Positions 50,120 through 61,949 of a DNA stretch of 64,000 nt are shown piece by piece (positions within the stretch are counted from its first letter, which is position 1; every line of letters starts with the position of its first letter). The position numbers were made by a program, and so were the translations under genes. Below the pieces are notes generated by a model. It did not search any database, was not told the origin of the DNA, and worked only from the letters and a program-made list of their open reading frames with translations. This stretch comes from Vicugna vicugna (Eukaryota). The stretch covers positions 374,001 through 438,000 of the forward strand of contig MU058206.1 in the NCBI GenBank assembly GCA_013265495.1, written 5' to 3'.

Positions 50120-50600
50120 CCCTGCCAGGCCGGGCTAAGGCGTCCCGTGGGACACGCAGTGCCAGCGCCACCTTCTGGTCAATTCTGGACTCTGCAGCCT
50201 CCTCGAGTCTCGCCGAGCCCCTAGAAGGGTCTTCTTCGCAGACTCCGGGAGAAAAGCGTGCAGGGGCCTCTATAGCATTTTCCAAAATCAGACCGCCCGG
50301 GCAGTCTGCCAGGTTTCCAAGGGCTTTGAAAGCTGCAATTGGTGGAGACAGAGGGCCACAGTCCGCGGGCCGAGGGGTCAGAGTGCCTGCCAGGTCCGAG
50401 TGGCTCCGAGGAGGCGGAGGCGTGGGAAAGGTGGGGGCGGGGGGCGGGCAAGGGGAGCGCTATCTGTCGGTCTATCTCCGCGTCCCCCCAGCGCCTATCG
50501 CCCGCCTCTCGGAGCCCGTGGCGGGGCGAGTTACCACCCGCTGTGGAGGCCCTCTGTTCTGTTGCCAAGAGGGCGCCTAGAGAGCCCGCGGCCTTGGGGG
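50120..50600. promoter_or_regulatory. Small CpG island ~2 kb upstream of DLX3
   Basis: CpG-rich block with GC boxes (GGGGCGGGG near 50433). Confidence 0.55.
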
Positions 50601-51800
50601 CAGGAAGGGCACTGGGCAGGCCGGCTCCCCATCCCAGGACCAAAGCTGGGAGGCTGGCAGAGCCTGCTTTGGAGCACTCAGCTCCCCCCAGCGTGGGGCA
50701 AGGCCCTTCTTGGAGGTTCGTTCATTCATTCATCAACGGAGAGGGAGAAATTCAGAGACGGCAAGGAGTCTGCACTTTGCTCACGTGGTCCTCACAGAAG
50801 CCACAATCCTTTGGCTCCTCACTGCGGCTCCTGAGTAAAGTGAAGGAGCACTAGACTGGGAGTCGAGAATTCTGGATTCATGAAAGGGTGGTGGTGGTGG
50901 TGGTAGTAGGTTACTTTAGAATAATTTCTAGGCTACAACCTGCTTTGAAATTCTTAGAGTTCTAGAATGGGTTAACACTGCAACGTTGGGGACTTAGGTG
51001 AGCAATTAAACAATTGTTTGGTAATGTGAGGTGAACATCTGGCCCTCTGTGCTCCATCATTGCCCTCTGTGCTCCGGGACACCAGGGACTGTATCTGTCC
51101 AATGCACTACTACCTTCCAGATACTTAGGGCAGGCTTGGCACACACAACCTCAGTGCTCCATAGATGTTTCTTGAATGAATAACTAAGACCCCTTAATAC
51201 TGAAGAGGGGCTGAATCATCTTGGCTGGGTATGCTTGCAGGCTTAGGAAAAGGGGCAGCATGAAGCAGGCACTGACATCAAGCCGTCCCACTCCAAGGTA
51301 AGAGCAGGAGCAGCTTCCCAGATGAGGCCATGTGGCCGCAAAGGGGCCCGTTGGGCCAGCAGGACTGGAGCCACCAGACGCTGGGTGGGCACCTGCCAGC
51401 TCAGGATGGCAAGGTTGCTGGAGGATGCAGTGGGACAAGTACCACCCACTGCATCTCAGCCAACAAGATGAGCAGGTGTCCACCTGGCTAGAATCCTGCC
51501 CCTGGTGGAAGGGTGATGCAGGGCAGTCAGTCAGGCACCTCTGGGAGGCTGACAGGGAGGACAAGGAGCAGTGCTGGCCAATGCCCAGGTTGGAGTCCAT
51601 TGCCCACCGTCTCTCCGGCAGGAGAACAAATACCCTGTTGAAGCAAGCTGTTGCTGGGAGCCTAAGTATCACGCCATCTGAACACAGCCACAGCAACTGG
51701 GCTCAAAGAGTACCAAGTCTGAGGAGAGGAACTCAGGAAAAGGGTAGTGGAACCACTGAGTGAGCCGGCCTGCCCCTGGTCTCTCCGTTGCCTGGTGACC

Positions 51801-51819
51801 TGGCGCCATCTAGTGGTCA
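51801..51819 (-). promoter_or_regulatory. CTCF motif
   Basis: The - strand reads TGACCACTAGATGGCGCCA, a near-perfect match to the CTCF core CCASYAGRKGGCRS. Confidence 0.7.
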
Positions 51820-52219
51820 CTCTAAGAGGTGCGTCCAGCTCCACTGGAGACTGGGAAGTGGGCCACATGCTGGGCCCACCATCGTATCTTTAAGGAATGC
51901 TCTGTTTACTTATTTTAGGAGCCCTATCAACACTAAATATTCACTTTTTATCATCACCTTGCCTTACATTACAGCTGCCGCATCTCCCTCCTCTGACCCA
52001 TCCTTGTCCAGCCAGTGGCTCCTTCCCTTAGTTTTCTCATTTGTAAGTCAAAAAGTGGATTATTAGATGGCCTCTGAGATCCCTTCAAGCCCTGATGTTC
52101 TATGATTGTAAGTCCTAAGACTCTTGTCTGTTAATGGGGATCTCCCTTCTACCTTCTCGCCAAATCCCTTGGAGATGCACCCCAGGCCTCCAGCACTTAG
52201 CAATCTGGATGTCTTTCAG

Positions 52220-54250
52220 GAGCCCTTAATCCATCCCACAAATCTATCCTGGGCTTCTACTGTACTGGTTTCTGGGGATGGAGTAGTGAACAAGGCAGGC
52301 CAATGGCCTCCCCCATGGATCCCAAGGTTTAGCGGGGGAAGTGCATACATGAGTGGCTACTTTCACTAACGTGAGTGTGGTATGTGCTGGGATGTGGGTA
52401 GCACATGCTGCTGTAACAGCCCGGGGGCCCCAAACCCTTTATGTAGGTAAGAGGATATCTGAACTGAAAACTGAAGGATATATGGGACTTGGCCAGGAAA
52501 GCAGTAATGAGCGGATGGAGAGAGTTCCCAGCCAAGGGAAAAGCTTGTGCAAAGGCTACTGGGACTGCCTGGGGGCATAGCATGGGGGGTGGTAAATAAA
52601 GCTGGAATGGAATCAGAGCCCCAGAACACAGGGTCCCTGGATCCCCAGAGCAGCAGAATAGGCTTTCTTTAGAGGCTATGGAAAACCACTGAAAATTTTA
52701 ACCAGGAGTGAGATAATGGATTTTCATTCCAGAAGGGTCCCTCTGGCTGCAATGTGGGGATGAACCAGAAAGACAAGTGGAGGCTAGGAGAAGCCCAGGA
52801 GAGAGGGGAATTGGATCTGGGTTAAGAAAGAGGCAGTAGGGGGTGGAGAGGATTGGATAGATTTGAGAGATGGTTAGAAGGCACAGTGAGAATGCCTGGG
52901 TGAGAGCGACAAGGAGAGGGAAAGAGCAGGGAATAACTCCCAACTTCTGACTCGGAAAGTTGAGACCATTCTCTGAGAAAAAGAGAACACCAGGGAGAGG
53001 GGGTGCTTGATGGGGAAGAAGATATGTCCTGTTTTTTGGGTTTTTTTTTAACTTTTCACTGGAATATAAAATTTATGCAGAAAAGTGTACAAGTCACAAT
53101 GAATTCGCACAAACCAAACACGGCCATGTAACTAGCACCCAGGGTGAGTACCAGGTTGAGAAATGATGCCTTCAGCTACTACTCCCCATGGGCAAACATG
53201 TCTTAACTCCTAGCACCACAGGTCACTTTTGTATATAAATGGAAGAGTACAGTGTGTACTCCTTTATTTCTGGCTTCTTTTGCTCAACATTATGTTTGTG
53301 AGATTTATCCATATTGTTGGGTATTTGTAGATCGTTCATTTTTGGTACTGTAAGTGGGTATTCTAGCATATGAATGTACCCCCATTTAATTATCTGTTCT
53401 ACTGTTGATGGGCATTTAGGTAGTTTCTGGTTTGGGGCCATCGTCAACAGTGTTGCTGTGAGCATTCTTGTACACGTCCTTTGGTGTATATATGTACATG
53501 CTGCTCTTAGGCATGAGGAGTGGGATTGTGGGCCACGGAGTGGGTATGCATTCTGCTTTAGAAGATACTGCCAAGTAGTTCTCCAGAGTGGTGGTGCCAT
53601 CAGCTCCATTTTTATCATGTTTAGTTTGAGTGTCTTTGAGACATTTAGGAGGAGCTGTCCAGCAGGCAGTTGGCTACATGGATCTGAGGATCAGTAAAGA
53701 AACTGGGAAAAGAAACTGGGGTTGGAGATGTAAATTGGGGGTCTTTGGCATTTTGTGGTAAGTGAAGCCATGGGCATGGGTCCAATGGTCCAGGACAGGT
53801 GGGTGGAGAAGAGGACGGAGGGTGGAGGGTCCCAGGGCAACACCTGTGAGAGAGGAGCTAGAGAGGTATGAGACAATACAGAGGGAGGTGGCCCTGCATT
53901 GGAGCGGGGCTGGGAGTGTTTCAAGGAGGAGGGAGTGGTCAGCAAGGTCGAATCCTGCTGTGAATGTGTGGTTAACCAGGATGAGGACTGAGATGCGTAC
54001 ACAGGATGACACCTCAAGGAAACATTTGGTGATATTGGTGAGGGAGGAGTGGGTTCAGGGGAGGGGAAGGCTGTTTACAGCCAGCCCAGGGGCGAGTGGG
54101 AGGGAGGAAGCGCAGAGAGCAAGTGAAGTTTGGCTGTAAAAAAAGGAGGGAGTGAGGAGAGCGGTAGCTGGAGGGCATTTGGCACACGGGGAGGGGCGTG
54201 TGTGTGTTTTATATCGGAGCAAGACTGTTTAGATGTCAATTATAGCAGCC
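52220..54250 (-). mobile_element. LINE-2 remnant interrupted by an old L1 3' fragment (~53045-53610, - strand)
   Basis: L2-like purine-rich sequence (gagagttcccagccaagggaaaagcttgtgcaaagg; ggagatgtaaattgggggtc); L1-like ttctactgttgatgggcatttaggtagtttctggtttggggc. Confidence 0.6.
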
Positions 54251-55106
54251 AGGAGAAAGGAGTTAATCAAGAGTGCCATCCCTTAGTAGGTGGGAGGGGA
54301 AGGATCTGGATGCCTGACCAAGGGGTTAGCCTGACAGCAGATTCTCTCTTCCGCTGAGTCAAGAGAGAAGATGAACTGATAAGAGCTGGCTTTCACTGAG
54401 CACTGGTGCCAAGCACTGTTTGAAACATTCTACACATATGAGTTCATTCACTACCCCCCACTGCCCTATGAGGTGGGCACTCTCATTTCTACCTTTTGAC
54501 AGAGGGGGAAACTGAGGCACAGAGAAGCTAAGTAAATGCTGGATTCACAGTCTGAACCCAGGCAATCTGACTCTTCACCTCTGCAAGTTTGACAGGCATG
54601 CTGGCAGGATTGGAGTCAGAGGGTAATTTGATAGAGCTGGGTACTAGACACACAGGTGTTTGTTATGTACATTCTCTGTACTTGTCTGGATGTTTGAAAC
54701 ATTTCAGAGTAAACAGAATTATTCAAGACATTTGGGGGTTCCTGCCTGGGTGTGTATGCAGAGTAGGCATAAAGTTAATAGCTGAGAAGAGGGTGAGGTG
54801 GTGGGACCTCCCAGAGGTTTGAGGACATTGGAGAAATGTAAGTCTAAAGTGTAGCTGCTTCCATGGTGACCAGGGAGAGGACTAACCAGGGGGTATGGAA
54901 GAATGTCCAGGGGTGCAGTGACCCCAGGAGGCATGATGGGGTTCCCAGGTAGTGGGCTGCTTTCCCGCTGGGCTCAGCACCAGCTGTGGGCAGATGGTTG
55001 TGTTGACCAGGGTGGAGATTGTTTGGCAGGCAAGGAACATTAGCAAGGGTTGCTCAGGTGGTTTCCAGGGGAATTTAAGTCAGGCAAGGAAGGAAGTGGA
55101 GAGTGG

Positions 55107-55535
55107 AGAGACTGGCAGAAAGTGGAAGAGAATCCAGGCTGGGGGGGGGGGTCCCCACGAGGTCAGAGGGAGGCAGCAAGGAGGTCGTGGAGGGAACTCT
55201 CTTGAGACTGGTGAGCTGGAGGTTGGAGTTTATTCAAACTGCAGGGTTTGGGGCAGGAAAGGAGAGAATCTTGAATGAAGCCAGAGGTAGGAAAACCATC
55301 TTATTTATAGAGGAACAAATATAAGAGACTGGCAGAAAGTGGAAGAGAATCCAGGCTGGGGGGTCCCCACGAGGTCAGAGGGAGGCAGCAAGGAGGTCGT
55401 GGAGGGAACTCTCTTGAGACTGGTGAGCTGGAGGTTGGAGTTTATTCAAACTGCAGGGTTTGGGGCAGGAAAGGAGAGAATCTTGAATGAAGCCAGAGGT
55501 AGGAAAACCATCTTATTTATAGAGGAACAAATATA
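55107..55535 (+). repeat. Tandem duplication, 217-bp and 212-bp units
   Basis: 55107-55323 and 55324-55535 are identical except for a G-tract (11 vs 6 G); AGAG microhomology at the junctions. Confidence 0.92.
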
Positions 55536-56710
55536 AGAGTTACATCAGACTTCTCAGAAACCCATGCAAGCAAAATCAGAGTGGCGTGAAATCTTTTTAA
55601 AGTGTTGAAAGAAACAACAACACAGAATTTTGTATCCTGTGAAATTATCCTTCAAAATTGAACATAAATAAATAAAAACTTCCTGAAACCAAAATTGAGG
55701 AAATTTTTTGCCAGTAGACTTGCCTTGGGAAGAAATTTGAAAGAAATTCTTCAGAGAGGAAAATGATATGTATAAAAACACTCAGTTCTATATAAAGAAA
55801 GGAAGAACATCAGAGAAGGAATAAAGGAAGGTAAAATAAAATATTTTAATTTTATTATTTCTAGTGACCTAAAAACTGTTCATATACTAATAGCAACAAT
55901 GTATTGGGTGATTATAGCTTATGGATAAGTGAAACAAATCACAGCAAAGGTACAAGGGACAAGAGGGAGGATTAGAGAATATTCTGTTAACGTACCTATA
56001 CTAGCTGTGAAGCAGAATATTGTCATTTGAAAATGGACTTATATCACTTTAAATGTACGTCACAAACTCTAGGACAACCACTAACACTTTTTTAAAGAGG
56101 TATAATTGGTATGCTAAGAGAGAAGAGAAAATAGAATCATATAAAATGTTTAATTAAAGCCAGAGCTGGTAGGAAAAAGAGGGGACTGATTTTAAAGAAA
56201 AAGGAAGAAAGAAACAGAGAACAAATGCAATAAATAGAAAACAGCCACAAATACAGTAGATAGTAATCCAACTACAGCAATAATCGTTTAACCATGAATA
56301 GTATAAATACACCAATAAAAGATAGGGACTGACAGAGTAGATAAAAAACAAAACAAAACCTAACTATATGTTGTTTACAAGAAACCTACTTTAAATATAA
56401 AGGTAAAATAGATTAAAAATAAAAGGATGGAGAAAGATAGACCACGCCAACCCTAATCAAAAGAAAGCTGGAGTACCTATATTAATTTCAGACAAAACAG
56501 ACTTCAGAACAAGAAAAATTATCAGGGATACAGAGGAGCATTATATAATGATAAAGGGTTAATGCTCCAAGAAGACATCACAGTCCTTAATGTATATGCA
56601 CCCAAGAAGAGTGTCAAAATACATGAGGCAAAAGACAATTGAACTGTAAGGAGAAATAGACAAATCCATTATTATAGTTGGAGACTTAAACACATATTCA
56701 TTAGTAATTG
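55480..56710 (+). mobile_element. Old LINE-1 fragment: ORF1 end, inter-ORF region and ORF2 endonuclease start
   Basis: tgttgtttacaagaaacctac (CCLQET), aagaaagctggagtacctatattaatttcagacaaaacagacttc (KKAGVPILISDKTDF), attatagttggagacttaaacac (IIVGDLNT); many indels and stops. Confidence 0.85.
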
Positions 56711-56959
56711 AGTTTGTTTATTCTTATTTTTTGAGTAATTGAGTTTGAATTACTAATGGGCTTAACAACAGCAAAGAGGCCGGTGTGGCTGAACAGAGTG
56801 AGGGAGAGTGCCAGAAGATGGAGTCAGAGAGGTGGTATGGCAGGGACAGTGGGATTATGAAGGATCTCACAAGATATTGTAAGGACTTCCGATTTTACTC
56901 TAAGTGAGATGATAGGCCATTGTAAAATTCTGAGCAGAGGAGTGACAGAATCTGACTTG

Positions 56960-57830
56960 TTTTTGTTAGAATTTGTCTCAGTTTGGATCTTTTCAAGCTT
57001 ATCCTACTTGGAATTCTTTGAGCTTCTTGGATGTGTAGATTCATGTCTTTCATCAAATTTAGGCCATTTTTGGATGTTGTTTCTTTAAATATTCTTTCTG
57101 TCCCTTTCTCCTTCTGGGACTTCCATAATGCATATGTTGGTGTGCTTGATGGTGTCCCTCAGGTCTCTTGGGCTCTGTTCATTTTTCTTCATTTTTTTCT
57201 TTCTGTCCTTCAAACTGGGTAATTTCAATTGATTTTCTTTCATTCACTGACACTTCTACTTGCTCAAATCTACTGTTGAAATCTCTAGTCATTTTTTCAT
57301 TTCAGGTATTGTATTTCTCTGCTCCAGATTTTCTATTTGGTTCTGTTTTATAATTTCTATTTGTGTGTGTGTGTGTGTGTATGTGTGTGTATTTTTTTAA
57401 ATTGAAGCATAGTCAGTTTACACTGTGTCAATTTCTGGTGTACAGCACAAAGTCATGCATGAACATACATACATTCATTTTCATATTCTTTTTCACCATA
57501 AGTTACTATAAGATATTGAATATAGTTCCCTGCACTATACAGCATGAACTTGTTATTTATCTATTCTATATATATCAGTAGGTATCTGCAAATTTCTAAC
57601 TCCCAGTTTATCCCCTTCCCCCTGGTAACCACAAGTTTGTTCTCTATGCCTGAGAGTCTGTTCCTGTTTTGCAAACAAGTTTATTTGTTGTTTTATTTTT
57701 TAGATCCCACATATAAGTTATATCATATGGTATTTTTGTTTCTTTGCAAAGACTATATTCCTCATCATGTGTGGTCACTGAAGCTTCTGCTCTAATATCT
57801 CAGTGATCAGTTAGTGATTTGGTCTTTGTT
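56960..57830 (-). mobile_element. Antisense L1 fragments (old ORF1-region piece plus younger 3' UTR at ~57395-57740)
   Basis: T-rich L1 antisense sequence; 57395-57740 is the reverse complement of the L1 3' UTR seen at 36660-36990. Confidence 0.7.
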
Positions 57831-58112
57831 TTTTAATGGATTTACTGAGGATTGAACCCAGGACCTCATGCATGCTAAGCATGTGCTCTACCATTGAGCT
57901 ATACATATGCAAATCAATCAATGTGATATACCACATCAACAGAAGAAAAGATAAAAGCCACCGTGATTTATTTAACATAGAATTAGAAGTCCTAGCCATA
58001 GCAATTAGACAAGGAAAAGAAATAAAAGGGATCCAAATTGGAAGAGGAAAGGTAAAATTGTCACTATATGCAGATTATGTGATACTCCATATAGAAAACC
58101 CTAACCCTCTCT
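57825..58112 (-). mobile_element. tRNA-Ala-derived SINE split near its 5' end by a 202-bp L1 copy
   Basis: gaggattgaacccaggacctcatgcatgctaagcatgtgctctaccattgagctatac [insert] ccctctc. Confidence 0.8.
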
Positions 58113-58494
58113 TTTTATTTCATTTTAGTTTTTTCAACTTGATCTTAAATGCCAACATTTAGCAGCTCCTTTCTTCTATATGCACTCCTCTGGTAGCTGT
58201 AATTTTTTCATTAGATTCCAGAGTTCCAAAAAAGTTGATTCTGTCAATTGGCAGCTTAATGGTTGCTTCAGTGGAAGGGCTGATTCTTGGAGCATCTAAC
58301 TCTACCATATGCCATGATGTCATCTCTGATTTGTTTTTGAAGCTCAGTCTTCAAGATACATAATTAAGTACAAAAAAAAAAAAAGCAAGGTGGAGAGAAA
58401 TGTGTATTAGATGTTACTAGTCATCTAAAAAAGGGGGGGTGCTTATAAACAGTGAAAGGATAAGCCATAAATTAAAAAAATTTTTTAAATGACT

Positions 58495-60837
58495 CTTTAA
58501 TGAATGTAGATACAAAAATCTTTATCAAATTATTCAGCATTATATAAAAAGAATTATACACCATGAAAAAATGGTACTTATTCCAGGGATGAATGGATGA
58601 TTTAATATTTTAAAATCAGTCAGTGTAATCTACCATATTTATAGGCTAAAGAAGAAAAATCACATGAGCATATCAATTAAAGCAGAAACAAAGCATTTGA
58701 CAAAATTCAATACCCATTCCTAATGAAAACTATCAGCACACTAGGATTAAAGGTAAACTCGCTAAAGAACATCTACCAAAAAAACCAAAATCTAACATCA
58801 TACTTAATGGTAAAAGACTGAATCCCTTATCCCTAAGATGAACAAAGCAAGGATGTGCACTCCATCAATGCTACTCAACCTAATGCTGGAAGTTCTAGCC
58901 AGCTCAGTAAGGCAAGAAAAGGAATTGAAAATAAATACAGGGGAGGAGAGTATAGCTCAAGTGATAGAGTAGGTGATTACTATGCACAAGGTCCTGTGTT
59001 CAATTGCCAATACCTCCATTAAAATAAATAAATACAAATAAAATAATAAACCTACTTAAAATATACAGATCAGAATCCGACAATATATTTTATACACCAT
59101 GATCAAGTTGGATTCATTCCAGAGTTGCAAGAATAGTTCAACATATGCAAATCAATCAATGTGATATACCACATCAACAGAAGAAAAGATAAAAGCCACC
59201 GTGATTTATTTAACATAGAATTAGAAGTCCTAGCCATAGCAATTAGACAAGGAAAAGAAATAAAAGGGATCCAAATTGGAAGAGGAAAGGTAAAATTGTC
59301 ACTATATGCAGATTATGTGATACTCCATGTAGAAAACCCTAAAGACTCCATACAAAAACTACAGGAGCTGATAAATGAATTCAGCAAGGTAGTAGGATAC
59401 AAGACTAACATACAGAAATCTGTTACATATCAGAAGGAAAGTTTAAAAAAAATCCCTTTTAAAATTACATAAAAATAAAATACTTAGGAATAAACATGAC
59501 CAAGGAGGTGAAAGACACATACACTGAGAACTATAAAACATTGATAAAGGAAATTAAAGATGATTTAAAGAAATGGAAATATCCCATGCTCTTGGATTGG
59601 AAGAATATTGTTAAATTGGGCATACTACCCAAAGCAATCTACAAATTTAATGCCATCCCTATCAAATTACCCATGACATTTTTCACAGAACTAGAACAAA
59701 TAATCCTAACATTTATACGGGATCACAAAAGACCGAGAATTGCCGAAGCAATACTGAAGAAAAAGAATGAAGCTGGAGGAACAACCCTCTCAGACTTCAG
59801 ACAATACTACAGGGCTACAGTAATCAAAACAGCATAGTATTGGCACAGAAAGAGACATATGGCTCACTGGAATGGAATAGAGAGCTCAGAAATCAACCCA
59901 CATTCCTACAGCCAATTAATCTTCAACAAAGGAGGCAAGAATATACAATGGAGAAAAGACAGTCTCTTCGGGAAGTGCTGCTGGGAAAGCTGGACAGCCA
60001 CATGTACATCAATGAAGTTGGAACACTCCCTCACACCACACACAAAAATAAACTCAAAATGGCTTAAAGATGTAAACACAAGACAAGACAATATAAACTT
60101 CCTAGAAGAAAACATAAGCAAAACATTCTCTGACATAAATCTTAGCAATGTTCTCCTAGGGCAGTCTTCTAAGACAATAGAAATAAAAGAAAAATAAACA
60201 AATGGAACCTAAGTAAACACATAAACTTTTGCACAACAAAGGAAACCATCAAAAAATGAAAAGACAACTTACAGACTGGGAGAAAATATTTGCAAATGAT
60301 GCATTGACAAGGGCTTAATTTCCAAATATACGAACAGCTCATTTAACTCAAGAAAAACAAAAAAAGAACCCAAACAAAAAAAGGGCAGAAGACCTAAATA
60401 GACTTCATCCAAAGAAGACATACAGATGGCCAATACGCACATGAAAAGACGCTCAACATCATTAGTTATTAGAGAAATGCAAATCAAAACTACAGTGAGA
60501 TATCACCTCATAGCAGTCAGAATGGCCATCATTAAAAATCTACAAATAATCAGTGCTGGAGAGGGTGCAGAGAAAAAGGAACCATCCTACACTGTTGGTG
60601 GGAATGTAAATTGGTGCAACCATTATGGAGAACAATACGGAGGGTCCTTAAAAAACTAAAAATAGAGCTACCATATGATCTAGCAATCCCACTCATTGGC
60701 ATATATCCAGAAAAGATGAAAACTCTAATTCAAAAAGATAGATGCACCCCCAATGTTCATTGCAGCACTATTTACAACAGCCAAGACATGGAAGCTACCT
60801 AAGTGTCTATCAACAGATTAATGGATAAAGAAGATGT

Positions 60838-60871
<34 letters not shown>

Positions 60872-61630
60872 TATACATATATATACAGTGGAATATGACT
60901 CAGCCATAAAAAAGGAACAAAACACTGCCATTTGCAACAATATGGATGGATCTAGAGAATATCATACTAAGTGAAGTAAGTTAGATAGAGAAAGACACAT
61001 ATTATATGCTATCACTTATATGTGGAATCTAGAAAATAATTCAAATGAATCTATTTATAAAACAGACTCATAGGCATAGAAAACAAACTTATGGTTACCA
61101 AAGGGGAAAGGTGGGTGGTGGGGAGGGATAAATCAGCAGTATGGGATTAACAGATACACGCTACTATATATAAAGTAGATAAACAACAAGGATTACTGTA
61201 TAACACAGGGAGCAATATTCCATATCTTGTAATAACCTGTAATGGAAAATAATCTGAAAATATATATGTATAACTGAATCACTTTACACCTGAAACTCAT
61301 ACAATATTGTTTTTTCCTTAAAAACGGCTTTATTGAGATATAATTCTAACACAATATTGTAAATCAGCTAACTGTACTTCAATAATAAATAAATAAATAA
61401 ATAAATACAGATCAGAAAGGAAGAAATAAAGTTATTCCTATTTGAGATGACATGATGTACTCCAAAGAAAATCCCAAGGAATCTACAAAGAAAAACCCTC
61501 CTAGAACTAATGAGTCAGTTCAGCAAGGTCGCAGGATATAAGAAGAACATACCAAAAAAAATCATTCTTTTATAGAAGAAGGCAATGAAGACATGAAATC
61601 TGAAATTTAAAATACAGCACCATTTATAAT
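58495..61630 (+). mobile_element. Old L1 ORF2 (RT region) carrying a nested SINE (~58941-59057) and a younger 5'-truncated L1 (~59076-61400)
   Basis: The old L1 reads ...aggcaagaaaaggaattgaaaataaatacag | atcagaaaggaagaaataaagttattcctatttgagatgacatg (RQEKE..IQI.KEEIKLFLF.DDM) across the inserts. The younger L1 encodes [47 protein letters not shown] and ends in an (AATA)n tail. Confidence 0.88.
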
Positions 61631-61633
61631 TGC

Positions 61634-61635
61634 GA

Positions 61636-61683
<48 letters not shown>

Positions 61684-61700
61684 CAGACAGACAGACAGAC
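61634..61700. repeat. Compound (GAAA)n(GACA)n microsatellite
   Basis: About 12 GAAA units followed by about 5 GACA units. Confidence 0.95.
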
Positions 61701-61949
61701 ATAGGTGTAAATCTAACCAAAAAAAGAAAAAGTGGGTGTAAATCTACCTGATGTTGTGTTGCCACCTGGGATTTGTGGTTCACGCTAATGGGTCATTGTT
61801 ACTGCATCGCTCTGAGTAACAGCACTCAAGTGTGTACCTTAAGTGACCCCAACAGTCCGCTCTGACTTGGCCTGCGGATTGAGATAGTACTAGCCTAATT
61901 TTTAACAGTGTGAATATTGTGACCGTGTATTTCAAGAGTTCAGATAGTC

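Noticed and set aside
50565..50578. CTCF-like GAGGGCGC (also near 18945 and 19625)
   Set aside because: Only the 3' half of the motif matches; expected by chance in CpG islands.
55103..55536. Duplicated peptide ORFs (GVPTRSEGGSKEVVEG...)
   Set aside because: By-product of the tandem DNA duplication; non-ATG starts and partly L1-derived.
59161..60802. Reverse-transcriptase-like ORFs as a functional RT system
   Set aside because: Fragments of a 5'-truncated, internally deleted, frameshifted L1 ORF2.
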